From Dehalococcoidales bacterium (GTDB taxonomy: Bacteria > Chloroflexota > Dehalococcoidia > Dehalococcoidales > RBG-16-60-22): 55,499 bases of DNA. The stretch's first letter is position 1. Every line of letters begins with the position of its first letter. The stretch lies in NCBI GenBank assembly GCA_036787005.1, contig DAIQQC010000001.1, positions 12,879 through 68,377 of the forward strand, read 5' to 3'. Shown one piece after another: positions 1-8,149 of the stretch. The notes beneath the pieces were generated by a model, which saw only the letters and a list, made by a program, of their open reading frames with translations, was not told where the DNA came from and did not search any database. The translations under genes and the position numbers were made by a program.

Positions 1-324
1 GCCACTGATAATCCGGAAAAATACGGCAATCAGATCGTAAAAAATCTCAGGAGCCGGGGTTATGAGGTTTATCCTGTAAACCCCAGGCTCAAAGAGCTGG
101 AGGGCCTAGATTGCTACCCCGCTATTACCGACGTCCCCGTCAGGGTGGATGTGGTGGATTTCGTCGTTCCCCCCAAGGCGACCGAGGAAATCCTCAAACA
201 GTGCCAGGCCCTTGGATTGGACCGCATCTGGCTCCAGCCCGGCTCGGAAAGTGAAGCCGCTATTGCTTATTGCCATGAGAACAACCTGAAAGTGGTCCAT
301 AGCGTATGCGTAATGTTAAGTTGA
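1..324 (+). CDS. CoA-binding domain protein (YccU/YneT-like), 5' end cut by window edge
   Basis: Frame 1 is open from nt 1 to TGA at 322-324. It is absent from the ORF track because no start lies in the window. Translation ...PEKYGNQIVKNLRSRGYEVYPVNP...VDFVVPPKATEEIL...IWLQPGSES... matches the CoA_binding_2 pattern. Confidence 0.7.
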   Translation, partial: ATDNPEKYGNQIVKNLRSRGYEVYPVNPRLKELEGLDCYPAITDVPVRVDVVDFVVPPKATEEILKQCQALGLDRIWLQPGSESEAAIAYCHENNLKVVHSVCVMLS

Positions 325-387
325 AAGAAAAATTGTTTTTTCTCTATATCTAGTTTAGATAAAAATATAATTTTACGGAGGCAGCTG

Positions 388-726
388 ATGAAATACGCGA
401 TACCGGTTAGCAGCGGGGTGATGTGCTCGCACTTTGGCCATTGCGAGCATTTTGCCCTGATCGATGTTGATGAGTCCAGGAAAGAAATAGTTCAGAAAGA
501 GCTTATCGCGGCGCCCCCGCACCAGCCTGGACTTCTCCCTCCCTGGCTGGCAGGGCAGGGAGTAAATTGCGTCATTGCCGGCGGTATGGGTATGAGCGCC
601 CGGGATTTATTTACCAGCCATGGCGTTAAGGTAATTATCGGTGCCATGGAAAGTGATCCGGAGAAAGCGGTGCTGAACCATATCAATGGCAGACTCACCA
701 CCGGCGGCAACACTTGTGATCATTAA
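388..726 (+). CDS. NifX/NifB-C-terminal-like (dinitrogenase FeMo-cofactor biosynthesis domain) protein
   Basis: 112 aa. MKYAIPV...HFGHCEHFALIDVD...LAGQGVNCVIAGGMG is typical of the small NifX-NifB family. GGAGG-like RBS (acggaggcagctg) lies before the ATG. Confidence 0.75.
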   Translation: MKYAIPVSSGVMCSHFGHCEHFALIDVDESRKEIVQKELIAAPPHQPGLLPPWLAGQGVNCVIAGGMGMSARDLFTSHGVKVIIGAMESDPEKAVLNHINGRLTTGGNTCDH

Positions 727-872
727 GATGTATAAAAGAAGCCGGAGGGATACAGACGGCGAAGGCTTGCCGGACTCCGTGACGAAGGAAAGATTGAAAG
801 ATATAACTCTGATATTGTGAATCTGTAATCAAAGAGCTGCCTGTTACATTGAAATAATCCGGGAGGCATACC

Positions 873-1319
873 GTGGCTTCTGCCTGGGATACATTACAGG
901 AACAAATTAAGGCTGAAATGAGGAAAATATACTCTGAAACTGTTATCGAGCACAATTTGAACCCCAGAAATCTGGGTAGTTTTGGAGATGCCGACGGCTA
1001 CGCCCGGATTACCGGTCCTTGCGGCGACACCATGGAGATGTGGCTGAAGGTGGCGGATAATAGAATTGTTAGAGCCGGTTTCGCCACTGACGGCTGCGGC
1101 ACCACGATAGCTTCGGGCAGCATGGTCACGGAGCTGGCAAAGGGCAGACAAATTAATGAGGCGTTGGGAATCGGGCAGCAGGATATTCTCCATGCCCTCG
1201 GGGGACTGCCTGAAGAGAGTGAACATTGCGCCCTCCTGGCTGCCAGTACGCTGAAAGCGGCCATAAAAGATTATATTGAAATAAAGAATAGCCCCTGGGA
1301 AAAGTTCTATCGTCAATAA
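873..1319 (+). CDS. NifU N-terminal / IscU-like Fe-S scaffold protein
   Basis: 148 aa with NPRNLG, GPCGDTM, TDGCGTTIASGS and HCALLAA Cys motifs. GTG start is preceded by GGGAGG. An alternative ATG lies at 918. Confidence 0.8.
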   Translation: MASAWDTLQEQIKAEMRKIYSETVIEHNLNPRNLGSFGDADGYARITGPCGDTMEMWLKVADNRIVRAGFATDGCGTTIASGSMVTELAKGRQINEALGIGQQDILHALGGLPEESEHCALLAASTLKAAIKDYIEIKNSPWEKFYRQ

Positions 1320-1426
1320 TAGCGGTAAAGAGATGGATTTTGTTGTCGGCGACCTGGCCTTGCGAAAATCATGGGGCTGCGGACGCCGTCGGGGCGGTCA
1401 ATGCCGCCGCCAGTGGAGGCAGGGGA

Positions 1427-2395
1427 TTGATTAGTTCCTCCGTTTACGGTCCGGTTCCGTCCCGGCGGTTGGGACGCAGCCTGGGTATAAATAACATCCC
1501 GCCTAAAATATGCTCCTACTCCTGCGTGTACTGCCAACTGGGAAAAACGGAGCGGAGGCAAATCAGGAGGCAGGCCCTCTACGAACCGCACTGCCTCGCC
1601 CGGAGCGTCAGGGAGAGAGCCAAACAACTCCGGGAGAAAGGCGAACTCATTGATTATCTTGCCTTTGTCCCTGACGGTGAGCCGACACTTGATATCAATC
1701 TCGGCAAAGAGATTGAGCTGCTGAAGACATCGGGTATTAAAATCGCGGTCATTACCAACGCCTCGCTTATCTGGTACGAAGACGTGCGGCGGGATTTACA
1801 GAAAGCCGACTGGGTCTGCCTGAAAGTAGACGCGGTTACTCCGGACGTCTGGAACAGGGTAAACCGGCCTCATCGACAACTGAAGCTGGACATCATCCTG
1901 GACGGTTTGCTTCACTTCGCCAGGTCGTTCCGGGGAGTGCTTACCACAGAGACGATGCTCATCATGGGTATTAACGATGACAGCCGTGAAGTGAGTAAAA
2001 CGGCTGATTTCCTGGCACACTTGAAACCGGCCAAAGCTTATTTGGCGGTACCGACGAGGCCTACCGCTGAACTGGTCAAACCTGCCACCGATCAGATGAT
2101 GAATAACGCCTTCCGGACCTTCCGTGAGAAGCTAAAAAGGGTGGAGTGTCTTACCGGTTATGAGGGAAACACCTTTGTTTCTACCGGTAATGTGGCTGAG
2201 GACCTGCTGAGCATAACCGCCGTGCATCCCATGAGAGAAGATGCCGTGAATGAATTACTGCACAAGAGTAATGAGGACTGGGGAGTTGTGCGGGGGTTGA
2301 TCAATAATGGCAGGCTGCTGGAAATAAGATATCAGGGAAAGAAATTCTATGCGCGTAAGTTGGCAGGCCGGGTTAGCGATAGCAATAATTCCTGA
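1427..2395 (+). CDS. radical SAM protein (COG0731-like)
   Basis: CSYSCVYCQLG is a CxxxCxxC motif, preceded by VYGPVPSRRLGRSLGIN. The stop is firm. The start is uncertain: TTG at 1427 follows GGAGG, while the ORF track starts at 1340. Confidence 0.75.
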   Translation: MISSSVYGPVPSRRLGRSLGINNIPPKICSYSCVYCQLGKTERRQIRRQALYEPHCLARSVRERAKQLREKGELIDYLAFVPDGEPTLDINLGKEIELLKTSGIKIAVITNASLIWYEDVRRDLQKADWVCLKVDAVTPDVWNRVNRPHRQLKLDIILDGLLHFARSFRGVLTTETMLIMGINDDSREVSKTADFLAHLKPAKAYLAVPTRPTAELVKPATDQMMNNAFRTFREKLKRVECLTGYEGNTFVSTGNVAEDLLSITAVHPMREDAVNELLHKSNEDWGVVRGLINNGRLLEIRYQGKKFYARKLAGRVSDSNNS

Positions 2396-2435
2396 CCGGG
2401 CTTTGAACATATTTATCCAACGATAAGGAGGAAAC

Positions 2436-3071
2436 ATGTCTGGAGATTTACCAAACCTTCTAGCTGACTTGAAAGATACGGAAGTACTGGAACTGGTTCA
2501 ACAAAGGCTTGAGGCTAAAGATGATCCCTTGAAAATATTGGAGGACGCACGGAAAGGTATGGAAATCGTCGGCAAGCGTTTTGCCACCAGTGAATATTTC
2601 CTGCCCGAGCTCGTCTTTTCCGGTGAGATTCTTACCGAGGTAACCAATCTGGTGAAACCTCACCTTGCGGGATCGGGCGCTAAAGTTAAGAAAATCGGTC
2701 AGGTCGTTATCGGTACCGTAGCCGGCGATATTCATGATATCGGCCTGAATATTGTTGAGTTTATGCTCGATGTTAACGGTTATGAAGTTACTAACCTTGG
2801 TGTGGATGTCCCCAAAGAGAAATTCGTCCAGGCTGTGAAGGATACCAAGGCGCCGGTACTTGGCTTGAGCGGCTTCCTTACCCCCGCCTTCGATGCCATG
2901 AAAGAAACCGTAGCGTCCGTAGAGGCCGCCGGCATCAGAAATAAAATCAAAATTATGATAGGCGGCGGCCAGATGAATGACGAAGTAAGGAAATACGTCA
3001 AAGCTGATGCCTACGGCAAGAATGCCATGGAGGCCGTAGCCCTGGCGAATAAATGGTTTGGCGTAAAGTAA
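2436..3071 (+). CDS. corrinoid (B12-binding) protein, MtaC/MtbC-type
   Basis: 211 aa with an N-terminal helical cap plus a Rossmann domain carrying the DxHxxG motif (GDIHDIG). It is a close paralog of 52936-53571. AGGAGG RBS present. Confidence 0.9.
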   Translation: MSGDLPNLLADLKDTEVLELVQQRLEAKDDPLKILEDARKGMEIVGKRFATSEYFLPELVFSGEILTEVTNLVKPHLAGSGAKVKKIGQVVIGTVAGDIHDIGLNIVEFMLDVNGYEVTNLGVDVPKEKFVQAVKDTKAPVLGLSGFLTPAFDAMKETVASVEAAGIRNKIKIMIGGGQMNDEVRKYVKADAYGKNAMEAVALANKWFGVK

Positions 3072-3104
3072 AACCAAAAATAGAGAAACTTGACCGGGTG
3101 TGCC

Positions 3105-3848
3105 ATGATTAAAAAGAAAAAAGAGATATCATCAACCGAATACTCTAACAAAGATACGGTAACAAGACAACGGGCCGGCAGTTTTTCCCCTTTTGATGAA
3201 TTGGCTGCGGAATATGACGCCTGGTTCGATGGACAGGGCAGCCGCATCTTTTTCAACGAGGTCCAGGCGTTCCGGGCAATACTGCCCTGCCTGCCGAAAC
3301 CATGGCTGGAAATAGGTGTCGGCAGCGGGCGGTTCGCCCAGGCTCTCGGCATCGATACCGGCATTGACCCCTCCGGCAAGCTGATCGAGATAGCCAGAAG
3401 CCGCGGGATAAACGCCTTTATCGGCCGGGGAGAGGAACGGATATTTGATGCGGAATCATTCGGCGCTGTATTTCTGATTGTCACCCTCTGTTTTTTAGAC
3501 TCACCGCTGGCTGTTTTGAAGGAAGTCAGGCGCATCCTCATTCCGGGGGGCAAACTGGTACTCGGCCTGGTCTTAAAAGACAACCCCTGGGGAAGGTTGT
3601 ACCAGCGAAAGAAAAATGAAGGGCATCGTTTCTACAGGTACGCCAGATTCTATAGCTGTAGTGAGGTGGTCAAGCTAATGTTCAGGGCGGGTTTTATGGG
3701 AGACGGCATGATTTCCACACTGATGCAAAAGCCCGGGGATGTCAGGCTGTTGGAAGAGCCGAAGGCAGGTTATTACCCTGAGGCCGGATTCACCATACTG
3801 ATCGGGGTCAGGAGAGAAAAGCACATTACTGTTGCACCGGAGAGGTAG
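3105..3848 (+). CDS. class I SAM-dependent methyltransferase
   Basis: Motif I LEIGVGSGRF with post-motif pattern ...FGAVFLIVTLCFL...PGGKLVLG. ATG at 3105 is preferred over TTG at 3090. Confidence 0.75.
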   Translation: MIKKKKEISSTEYSNKDTVTRQRAGSFSPFDELAAEYDAWFDGQGSRIFFNEVQAFRAILPCLPKPWLEIGVGSGRFAQALGIDTGIDPSGKLIEIARSRGINAFIGRGEERIFDAESFGAVFLIVTLCFLDSPLAVLKEVRRILIPGGKLVLGLVLKDNPWGRLYQRKKNEGHRFYRYARFYSCSEVVKLMFRAGFMGDGMISTLMQKPGDVRLLEEPKAGYYPEAGFTILIGVRREKHITVAPER

Positions 3849-3855
3849 GAAGCCA

Positions 3856-4335
3856 GTGGCAGTCCTGCGGATATGTAGATTACCCGTTGACAGCGTTTTA
3901 AGGCAAAAAGCCAGGAGGATTTCCAGCATCGATTCTTCCGTACGGCGTCTTATCAATAATATGATTGAAACGATGCAGTCCGCGCATGGGGTCGGGCTCG
4001 CAGCGCCGCAGGTCGGTAAGTCCTTACGGGTCATCGTCGTGCAGATGCCTGGTGAAGAACCGCAGGCGATTATCAACCCGGAAATAGTAAAGCGTTCCGG
4101 CGAACAACAGGTTACCGAAAGCTGCTTGAGCGTTCCCGGCTATTATGGCGAAATGCAACGTTCAGCTGAAGTCACCATTAAAGGGAAAGACCGCCGGGGG
4201 AAAGCGGTCAGAATCAAGGCTGCCGGACTGATGGCAGAAGCGCTGGAGCACGAAATCGACCATCTTAATGGTGTTTTATACATCGATAATATCGGGCAGG
4301 AAGGTAGCCTTTACAAATTAGAAAATACCGAATAA
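3856..4335 (+). CDS. def: peptide deformylase
   Basis: The three PDF motifs are present: GVGLAAPQVG, ESCLSVPG and HEIDHLNG. GTG at 3856 gives the typical N-terminus (M)AVLRICRLPVDSVLRQKA. The ORF-track start at 3832 overlaps the upstream gene. Confidence 0.9.
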   Translation: MAVLRICRLPVDSVLRQKARRISSIDSSVRRLINNMIETMQSAHGVGLAAPQVGKSLRVIVVQMPGEEPQAIINPEIVKRSGEQQVTESCLSVPGYYGEMQRSAEVTIKGKDRRGKAVRIKAAGLMAEALEHEIDHLNGVLYIDNIGQEGSLYKLENTE

Positions 4336-4361
4336 ACAAAACCGTATATCTGGTAAGTGGC

Positions 4362-4679
4362 ATGGGTGACGGTAGCGTGATAAAAACTAGATCATATTTG
4401 TGCGTCGGCTGCGGGCGTTGTGCTGAAGGCTGCCCGCAGCAGGCTATCTCCATGGTTGCCGGCCAGGCCCTGATTAGCCAAACATTATGCAACCATTGCC
4501 GTATATGTTTGGGATTGTGTCCCACGGGCGCCATCGTTGAACTTGAGCCGGTATCGAAAGAAGGCCTGGCAGTTACGGTCGACTCGTTAAAACAGGAAGC
4601 CGATGACCTCATCGGGCGAATCGAAAGACTCCGGCAGAGAAATACTGCCAGAGGGACCAATAACAGTGAACTTCAGTGA
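4362..4679 (+). CDS. 4Fe-4S dicluster ferredoxin-domain protein with C-terminal coiled-coil tail
   Basis: Two CxxCxxCxxxCP motifs: CVGCGRCAEGCP and CNHCRICLGLCP. Confidence 0.75.
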   Translation: MGDGSVIKTRSYLCVGCGRCAEGCPQQAISMVAGQALISQTLCNHCRICLGLCPTGAIVELEPVSKEGLAVTVDSLKQEADDLIGRIERLRQRNTARGTNNSELQ

Positions 4680-4956
4680 AATAGATAAGGCGCGAAATCT
4701 GCTGGGGCTTGGCGAGACGGCCACCCTTAAAGAAATAAAGGCGGCTTACAGGAGACTGGCCCACCTCCACCACCCGGATAAGCACAGCAGCGCCGATGCC
4801 ACTGAGACTGAAACAATGAAGAAGTTAAACAGGGCATATGAGCTTCTCACGGGTTATTGCGCTGAATATAGATACAGTTTCCACCAGGAGAATATCGCCA
4901 GGGTAAATTCGCAAGAAGAGGATTATAAAAGGTGGCACGATAACTGGTCTTTCTAA
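4666..4956 (+). CDS. small J-domain (DnaJ-like) protein
   Basis: LKEIKAAYRRLAHLHHPDK contains the HPD tripeptide. The probable GTG start at 4666 overlaps the ferredoxin gene end. The ORF-track start is 4603. Confidence 0.65.
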   Translation: MNFSEIDKARNLLGLGETATLKEIKAAYRRLAHLHHPDKHSSADATETETMKKLNRAYELLTGYCAEYRYSFHQENIARVNSQEEDYKRWHDNWSF

Positions 4957-4989
4957 TAATAAATAACGCTAAAATATTCGGATGATTTG

Positions 4990-5727
4990 ATGACATTATT
5001 TCAAATTCTGGTATCCACGGTTATCGTCAGCCTCATTGCCTTTGCGGGTGTCATTACGCTGTTTTTAAGGAAGGAGCTTTTAAACAATGTCCTGCTCGGG
5101 CTCGTAGCTTTATCTACGGGCGCGCTGCTCGGAGGTGCGTTCCTCCACCTGTTGCCTGAAGCAATATCCGAGAAGGGCGCTGATTTGGCTGTATTTTTAT
5201 ACCTGCTACTGGGTTTTTCCATTTTCTTCCTGCTGGAACAATTCCTGCAATGGCGTCACCAGCACACCGCCACACCGCAGGTAAAACCGTTCTCTTACCT
5301 GATACTGGTAAGCGATTCAGTACACAATTTCATCGATGGGCTGATTATCGCCGCCAGCTTCGTTACTAGCTTCCATCTTGGTGTTGCTACCACGCTGGCG
5401 GTAGCCCTGCACGAGATACCGCAGGAGCTGGGCGATTTTGCAGTGCTGGTCTATGGCGGCTTTGGCAGAAAACGGGCCCTGGTGTTCAACTTTGCCACGG
5501 CCATAACGGCGATTCTGGGTGGCATCGTAGGTTATCTGGCTTCTTCTATCATGGAGACTTCGATCATTTATCTCCTGCCTTTCGCCGCCGGGAATTTTAT
5601 TTACATCGCTGCTGCCGACCTGATTCCTGAAATTAAACATCACACCAGTTTTAAAAGGGCTGTAATTCACTTCATTATCTTCCTGATCGGTATCAGCATC
5701 ATGCTGGCAGTGAAATACATACATTAG
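4990..5727 (+). CDS. ZIP family divalent-metal transporter (ZupT-like)
   Basis: Multi-pass membrane protein with HNFIDGLIIAASF and HEIPQELGDFAVL signature helices. Confidence 0.85.
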   Translation: MTLFQILVSTVIVSLIAFAGVITLFLRKELLNNVLLGLVALSTGALLGGAFLHLLPEAISEKGADLAVFLYLLLGFSIFFLLEQFLQWRHQHTATPQVKPFSYLILVSDSVHNFIDGLIIAASFVTSFHLGVATTLAVALHEIPQELGDFAVLVYGGFGRKRALVFNFATAITAILGGIVGYLASSIMETSIIYLLPFAAGNFIYIAAADLIPEIKHHTSFKRAVIHFIIFLIGISIMLAVKYIH

Positions 5728-5740
5728 GAGGAAGAAAACA

Positions 5741-6571
5741 ATGCTGCGTATTACTACTTTAAGTGAAAATACCGCCGGAATGGGAGATTTCCTGGGAGAA
5801 TGGGGTTTGAGTATCCTGGTGGAAACCGGGGATATAACGGTTCTCTTTGACACCGGGAAAAGCACTTCCGCCGTTTACAACGCCGATTCACTTAAAATCG
5901 ACTTTTCCGCAATCGACAAGATAGTATTAAGCCACGGCCACTACGACCATACCGGCGGATTGCGTGCGGTATTGAGAAGGATAAACAAGGAAATTGAAAT
6001 AATTGCCCATCCGGATATCTGGCAGGCCAAGTACTCGCGGCGCAAGAACGAACCAGCCCGCTATATTGGCATCCCGTTCCAGCCAAAGGAATTGGAAAGC
6101 ATTGGCGCTCGTTTTCATTTAACCAAAGAGCCCGTCAAATTAACTGATAACATCATGACCACCGGTGAAGTGCCTATGGTAACCGATTACGAGCAAATAG
6201 ATGAAGGTTTATTCGTGCAGGAAGGGCCTGAATTACAGCCCGATAAACTTCTCGATGATTTATCCCTCATAATAAAGACGGAAGCGGGTTTGGTAGTAAT
6301 CCTGGGTTGCGCCCACCGGGGGATAATCAACACCATCCATCGTATCAGGCAACTAACAGGAGTAGAAAAAATCCATACCATCGTTGGAGGCTCGCACCTT
6401 ATGGGTGTCTCGGAAGAACGGCTATGGAAGACTATTGAAGCTTTACGAGAGCTATGCATTGAGAGAATGGGCCTGTGTCACTGTACGGACCTGCCTGCCG
6501 CCAGTATCCTGACCCAGGAATTCGGCAAGGTTTTCTTCTTCAACAAGGCAGGGACGGTTATCACCTCTTGA
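5741..6571 (+). CDS. MBL-fold metallo-hydrolase
   Basis: SHGHYDHTGG is an HxHxDH motif. 276 aa. It starts 13 nt after the ZIP gene. Confidence 0.8.
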   Translation: MLRITTLSENTAGMGDFLGEWGLSILVETGDITVLFDTGKSTSAVYNADSLKIDFSAIDKIVLSHGHYDHTGGLRAVLRRINKEIEIIAHPDIWQAKYSRRKNEPARYIGIPFQPKELESIGARFHLTKEPVKLTDNIMTTGEVPMVTDYEQIDEGLFVQEGPELQPDKLLDDLSLIIKTEAGLVVILGCAHRGIINTIHRIRQLTGVEKIHTIVGGSHLMGVSEERLWKTIEALRELCIERMGLCHCTDLPAASILTQEFGKVFFFNKAGTVITS

Positions 6572-6773
6572 GAGATTATATTTAAGAGGACATATATTAT
6601 CCCGCTGGAAAATCTTACCCTGTAATTATATTTCGTCAAGGAAATCAAGGTCACGGGATAACCTTCAACATACTATAGTCGGTTTGGTTCGAATCCCCTC
6701 AGGTGGAGTGTTCATCTTTAGGTACTGAATGTGGATAAGGAGTAGTTAAAAGACTACCGTGTATGCCCTGGTG

Positions 6774-6820
6774 TTGACAGAGACAGTTCCAATTGGTTAT
6801 TATTGCAACCAGGTGCAATA
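6774..6820 (+). promoter_or_regulatory. sigma70-like promoter with overlapping Fur-family operator palindrome
   Basis: TTGACA (6774-6779), 18 nt spacer, TATTAT (6798-6803). The imperfect palindrome TATTGCAACCAGGTGCAATA (6801-6820) overlaps the -10 and ends 3 nt before the regulator ATG. Confidence 0.55.
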
Positions 6821-6823
6821 ATA

Positions 6824-7240
6824 ATGAGTTGTTTCGCTACCCTGAAGAAAAAAGGGCTCAGACTCACCCGGCCGCGCAGGGCGATTTTGGAATACATCCA
6901 TGACAAGGGTGATCATCTCACGGCTGAAGAAATTATCGACTTTGTTCATGGAAATCTTCCCCGCGTAAACAAGTCAACCATCTACCGTACACTGGAGCTC
7001 CTTGAAAAGAACAACTGCGTATTCAGAAGCGAGTCTAATAATCGGACTATCTATCACCACACCGAGGAAGGTCATCACCACCACCTGGTATGTAGCAAAT
7101 GCGGTAAAACTGTAGATTGTGAAGAAAATATTTTCACGCCAGTGGAGAAGACATTGCGGGAGAATCATGGCTTTCAGATTGATTTTAAGCATGTGGTCAT
7201 GAATGGACTTTGTGAAAGCTGTCGCAACAAGTCCGGCTAA
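6824..7240 (+). CDS. Fur family transcriptional regulator (metal specificity unknown)
   Basis: A winged-helix N-terminus (TRPRRAILEYI) is followed by a His-rich stretch HTEEGHHHHLVCSKCGKTVDC and a second CxxC (CESC). Confidence 0.85.
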   Translation: MSCFATLKKKGLRLTRPRRAILEYIHDKGDHLTAEEIIDFVHGNLPRVNKSTIYRTLELLEKNNCVFRSESNNRTIYHHTEEGHHHHLVCSKCGKTVDCEENIFTPVEKTLRENHGFQIDFKHVVMNGLCESCRNKSG

Positions 7241-7264
7241 GAACCCTCTATTTTTTTTACCTTT

Positions 7265-7286
7265 TAATTGCAACTAGTTGCAATAA
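7265..7286. promoter_or_regulatory. second Fur-family operator (perfect 16-bp palindrome TTGCAACTAGTTGCAA)
   Basis: 7268-7283 is exactly self-complementary and shares the arms TTGCAAC/GTGCAA with the 6801-6820 site. It lies about 35 nt upstream of the FmdE-like start, next to an AT-rich -10-like TATAAA. Confidence 0.55.
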
Positions 7287-7318
7287 CTATAAATCGCCAC
7301 ACGTAACGGGAGGAAAGA

Positions 7319-8014
7319 ATGGACGTCAAAGATTTAAAGAACCCAAGGCAGGAAATCGAGGAAGCAATAGCTAATGGTGACCTGCCAAAACTGCTGCGAA
7401 TCAGCGGTTTGCTGCACGGTCATTATTGCCCGGGGTCCGCTATAGGCGTCAAGGCGGCAGCCAGGGCAGTGAGGGAACTGGGGGGTAAGTCAACAGGTAT
7501 GGAGGAAATTATTGCCATCGTAGAAACGAATAGCTGTTTCGCCGATGGCGTTCAGATGGTAACGGGTTGTTCCTTCGGCAATAATGCCCTTATTTACCGG
7601 GACTACGGAAAAACAGCTTTTACCCTGGCTAAAAGGACGGGCGAAGCGATTAGAATATCGGCCCTCTTTGATCGTGTAAACCAGGAACGTTCCCCTGAAG
7701 CTAACGAGCTTTGGCAAAAAGTGGTGGTGAAGCGAAGCGGTAGCGAGGACGAGAGCCGGCGGCTTACCGAACTGTGGAAAGAACTGTCTTTCAAAGTTCT
7801 GGAGATTCCCGACGAAGAAATTCTTAACATCAAGAAGGTAAATATTGACGTCCCCGCCTATGCCCGGATTTTCACCAGCGCCAAGTGCTCGGTATGCGGG
7901 GAGAGCATCATGGAGCCGCGTGCCCGGCTGAAAGACGGTAAGTTCGTCTGCCTGCCCTGCTCCGGTCAGGCGTATTACCAGCTTGCCGGCGATGGTATGG
8001 CGATCGTCAGCTAA
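7319..8014 (+). CDS. FmdE-family protein with C-terminal zinc ribbon
   Basis: HGHYCPGSAIGVKAA is the FmdE-domain hallmark. C-terminal CSVCGE...x...CLPC is present. GGGAGG RBS. Confidence 0.8.
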   Translation: MDVKDLKNPRQEIEEAIANGDLPKLLRISGLLHGHYCPGSAIGVKAAARAVRELGGKSTGMEEIIAIVETNSCFADGVQMVTGCSFGNNALIYRDYGKTAFTLAKRTGEAIRISALFDRVNQERSPEANELWQKVVVKRSGSEDESRRLTELWKELSFKVLEIPDEEILNIKKVNIDVPAYARIFTSAKCSVCGESIMEPRARLKDGKFVCLPCSGQAYYQLAGDGMAIVS

Positions 8015-8149
8015 TGAATTATCAGACCGAACCCGATCTTATATCGGAGGTGTCTAGTGACAAATTTATTCGGCAAGCGGATTACCGATAAAGCCATAGA
8101 ACTATTTAACAATAGAGCATGAAATGAATGTTCGGTAATTCGATAGAGA

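Noticed and set aside
6690-6716. GGTTCGAATCC string (tcggtttggttcgaatcccctcaggtgga) resembling a tRNA T-arm, possibly an att remnant
   Set aside because: The flanks do not form a T-stem or an acceptor stem. There is no matching tRNA in the window and no adjacent recombinase. It is too short to separate from chance.
7241-8149. Cobalamin riboswitch upstream of the BtuCDF-like importer, and also in the 53572-53657 leader of the corrinoid operon
   Set aside because: I found no B12-box (GCCACTG or close variants) in either leader. The only GCCACTG strings in the window lie inside coding regions (positions 1, 1083 and 13521). Only cmsearch can settle this formally.
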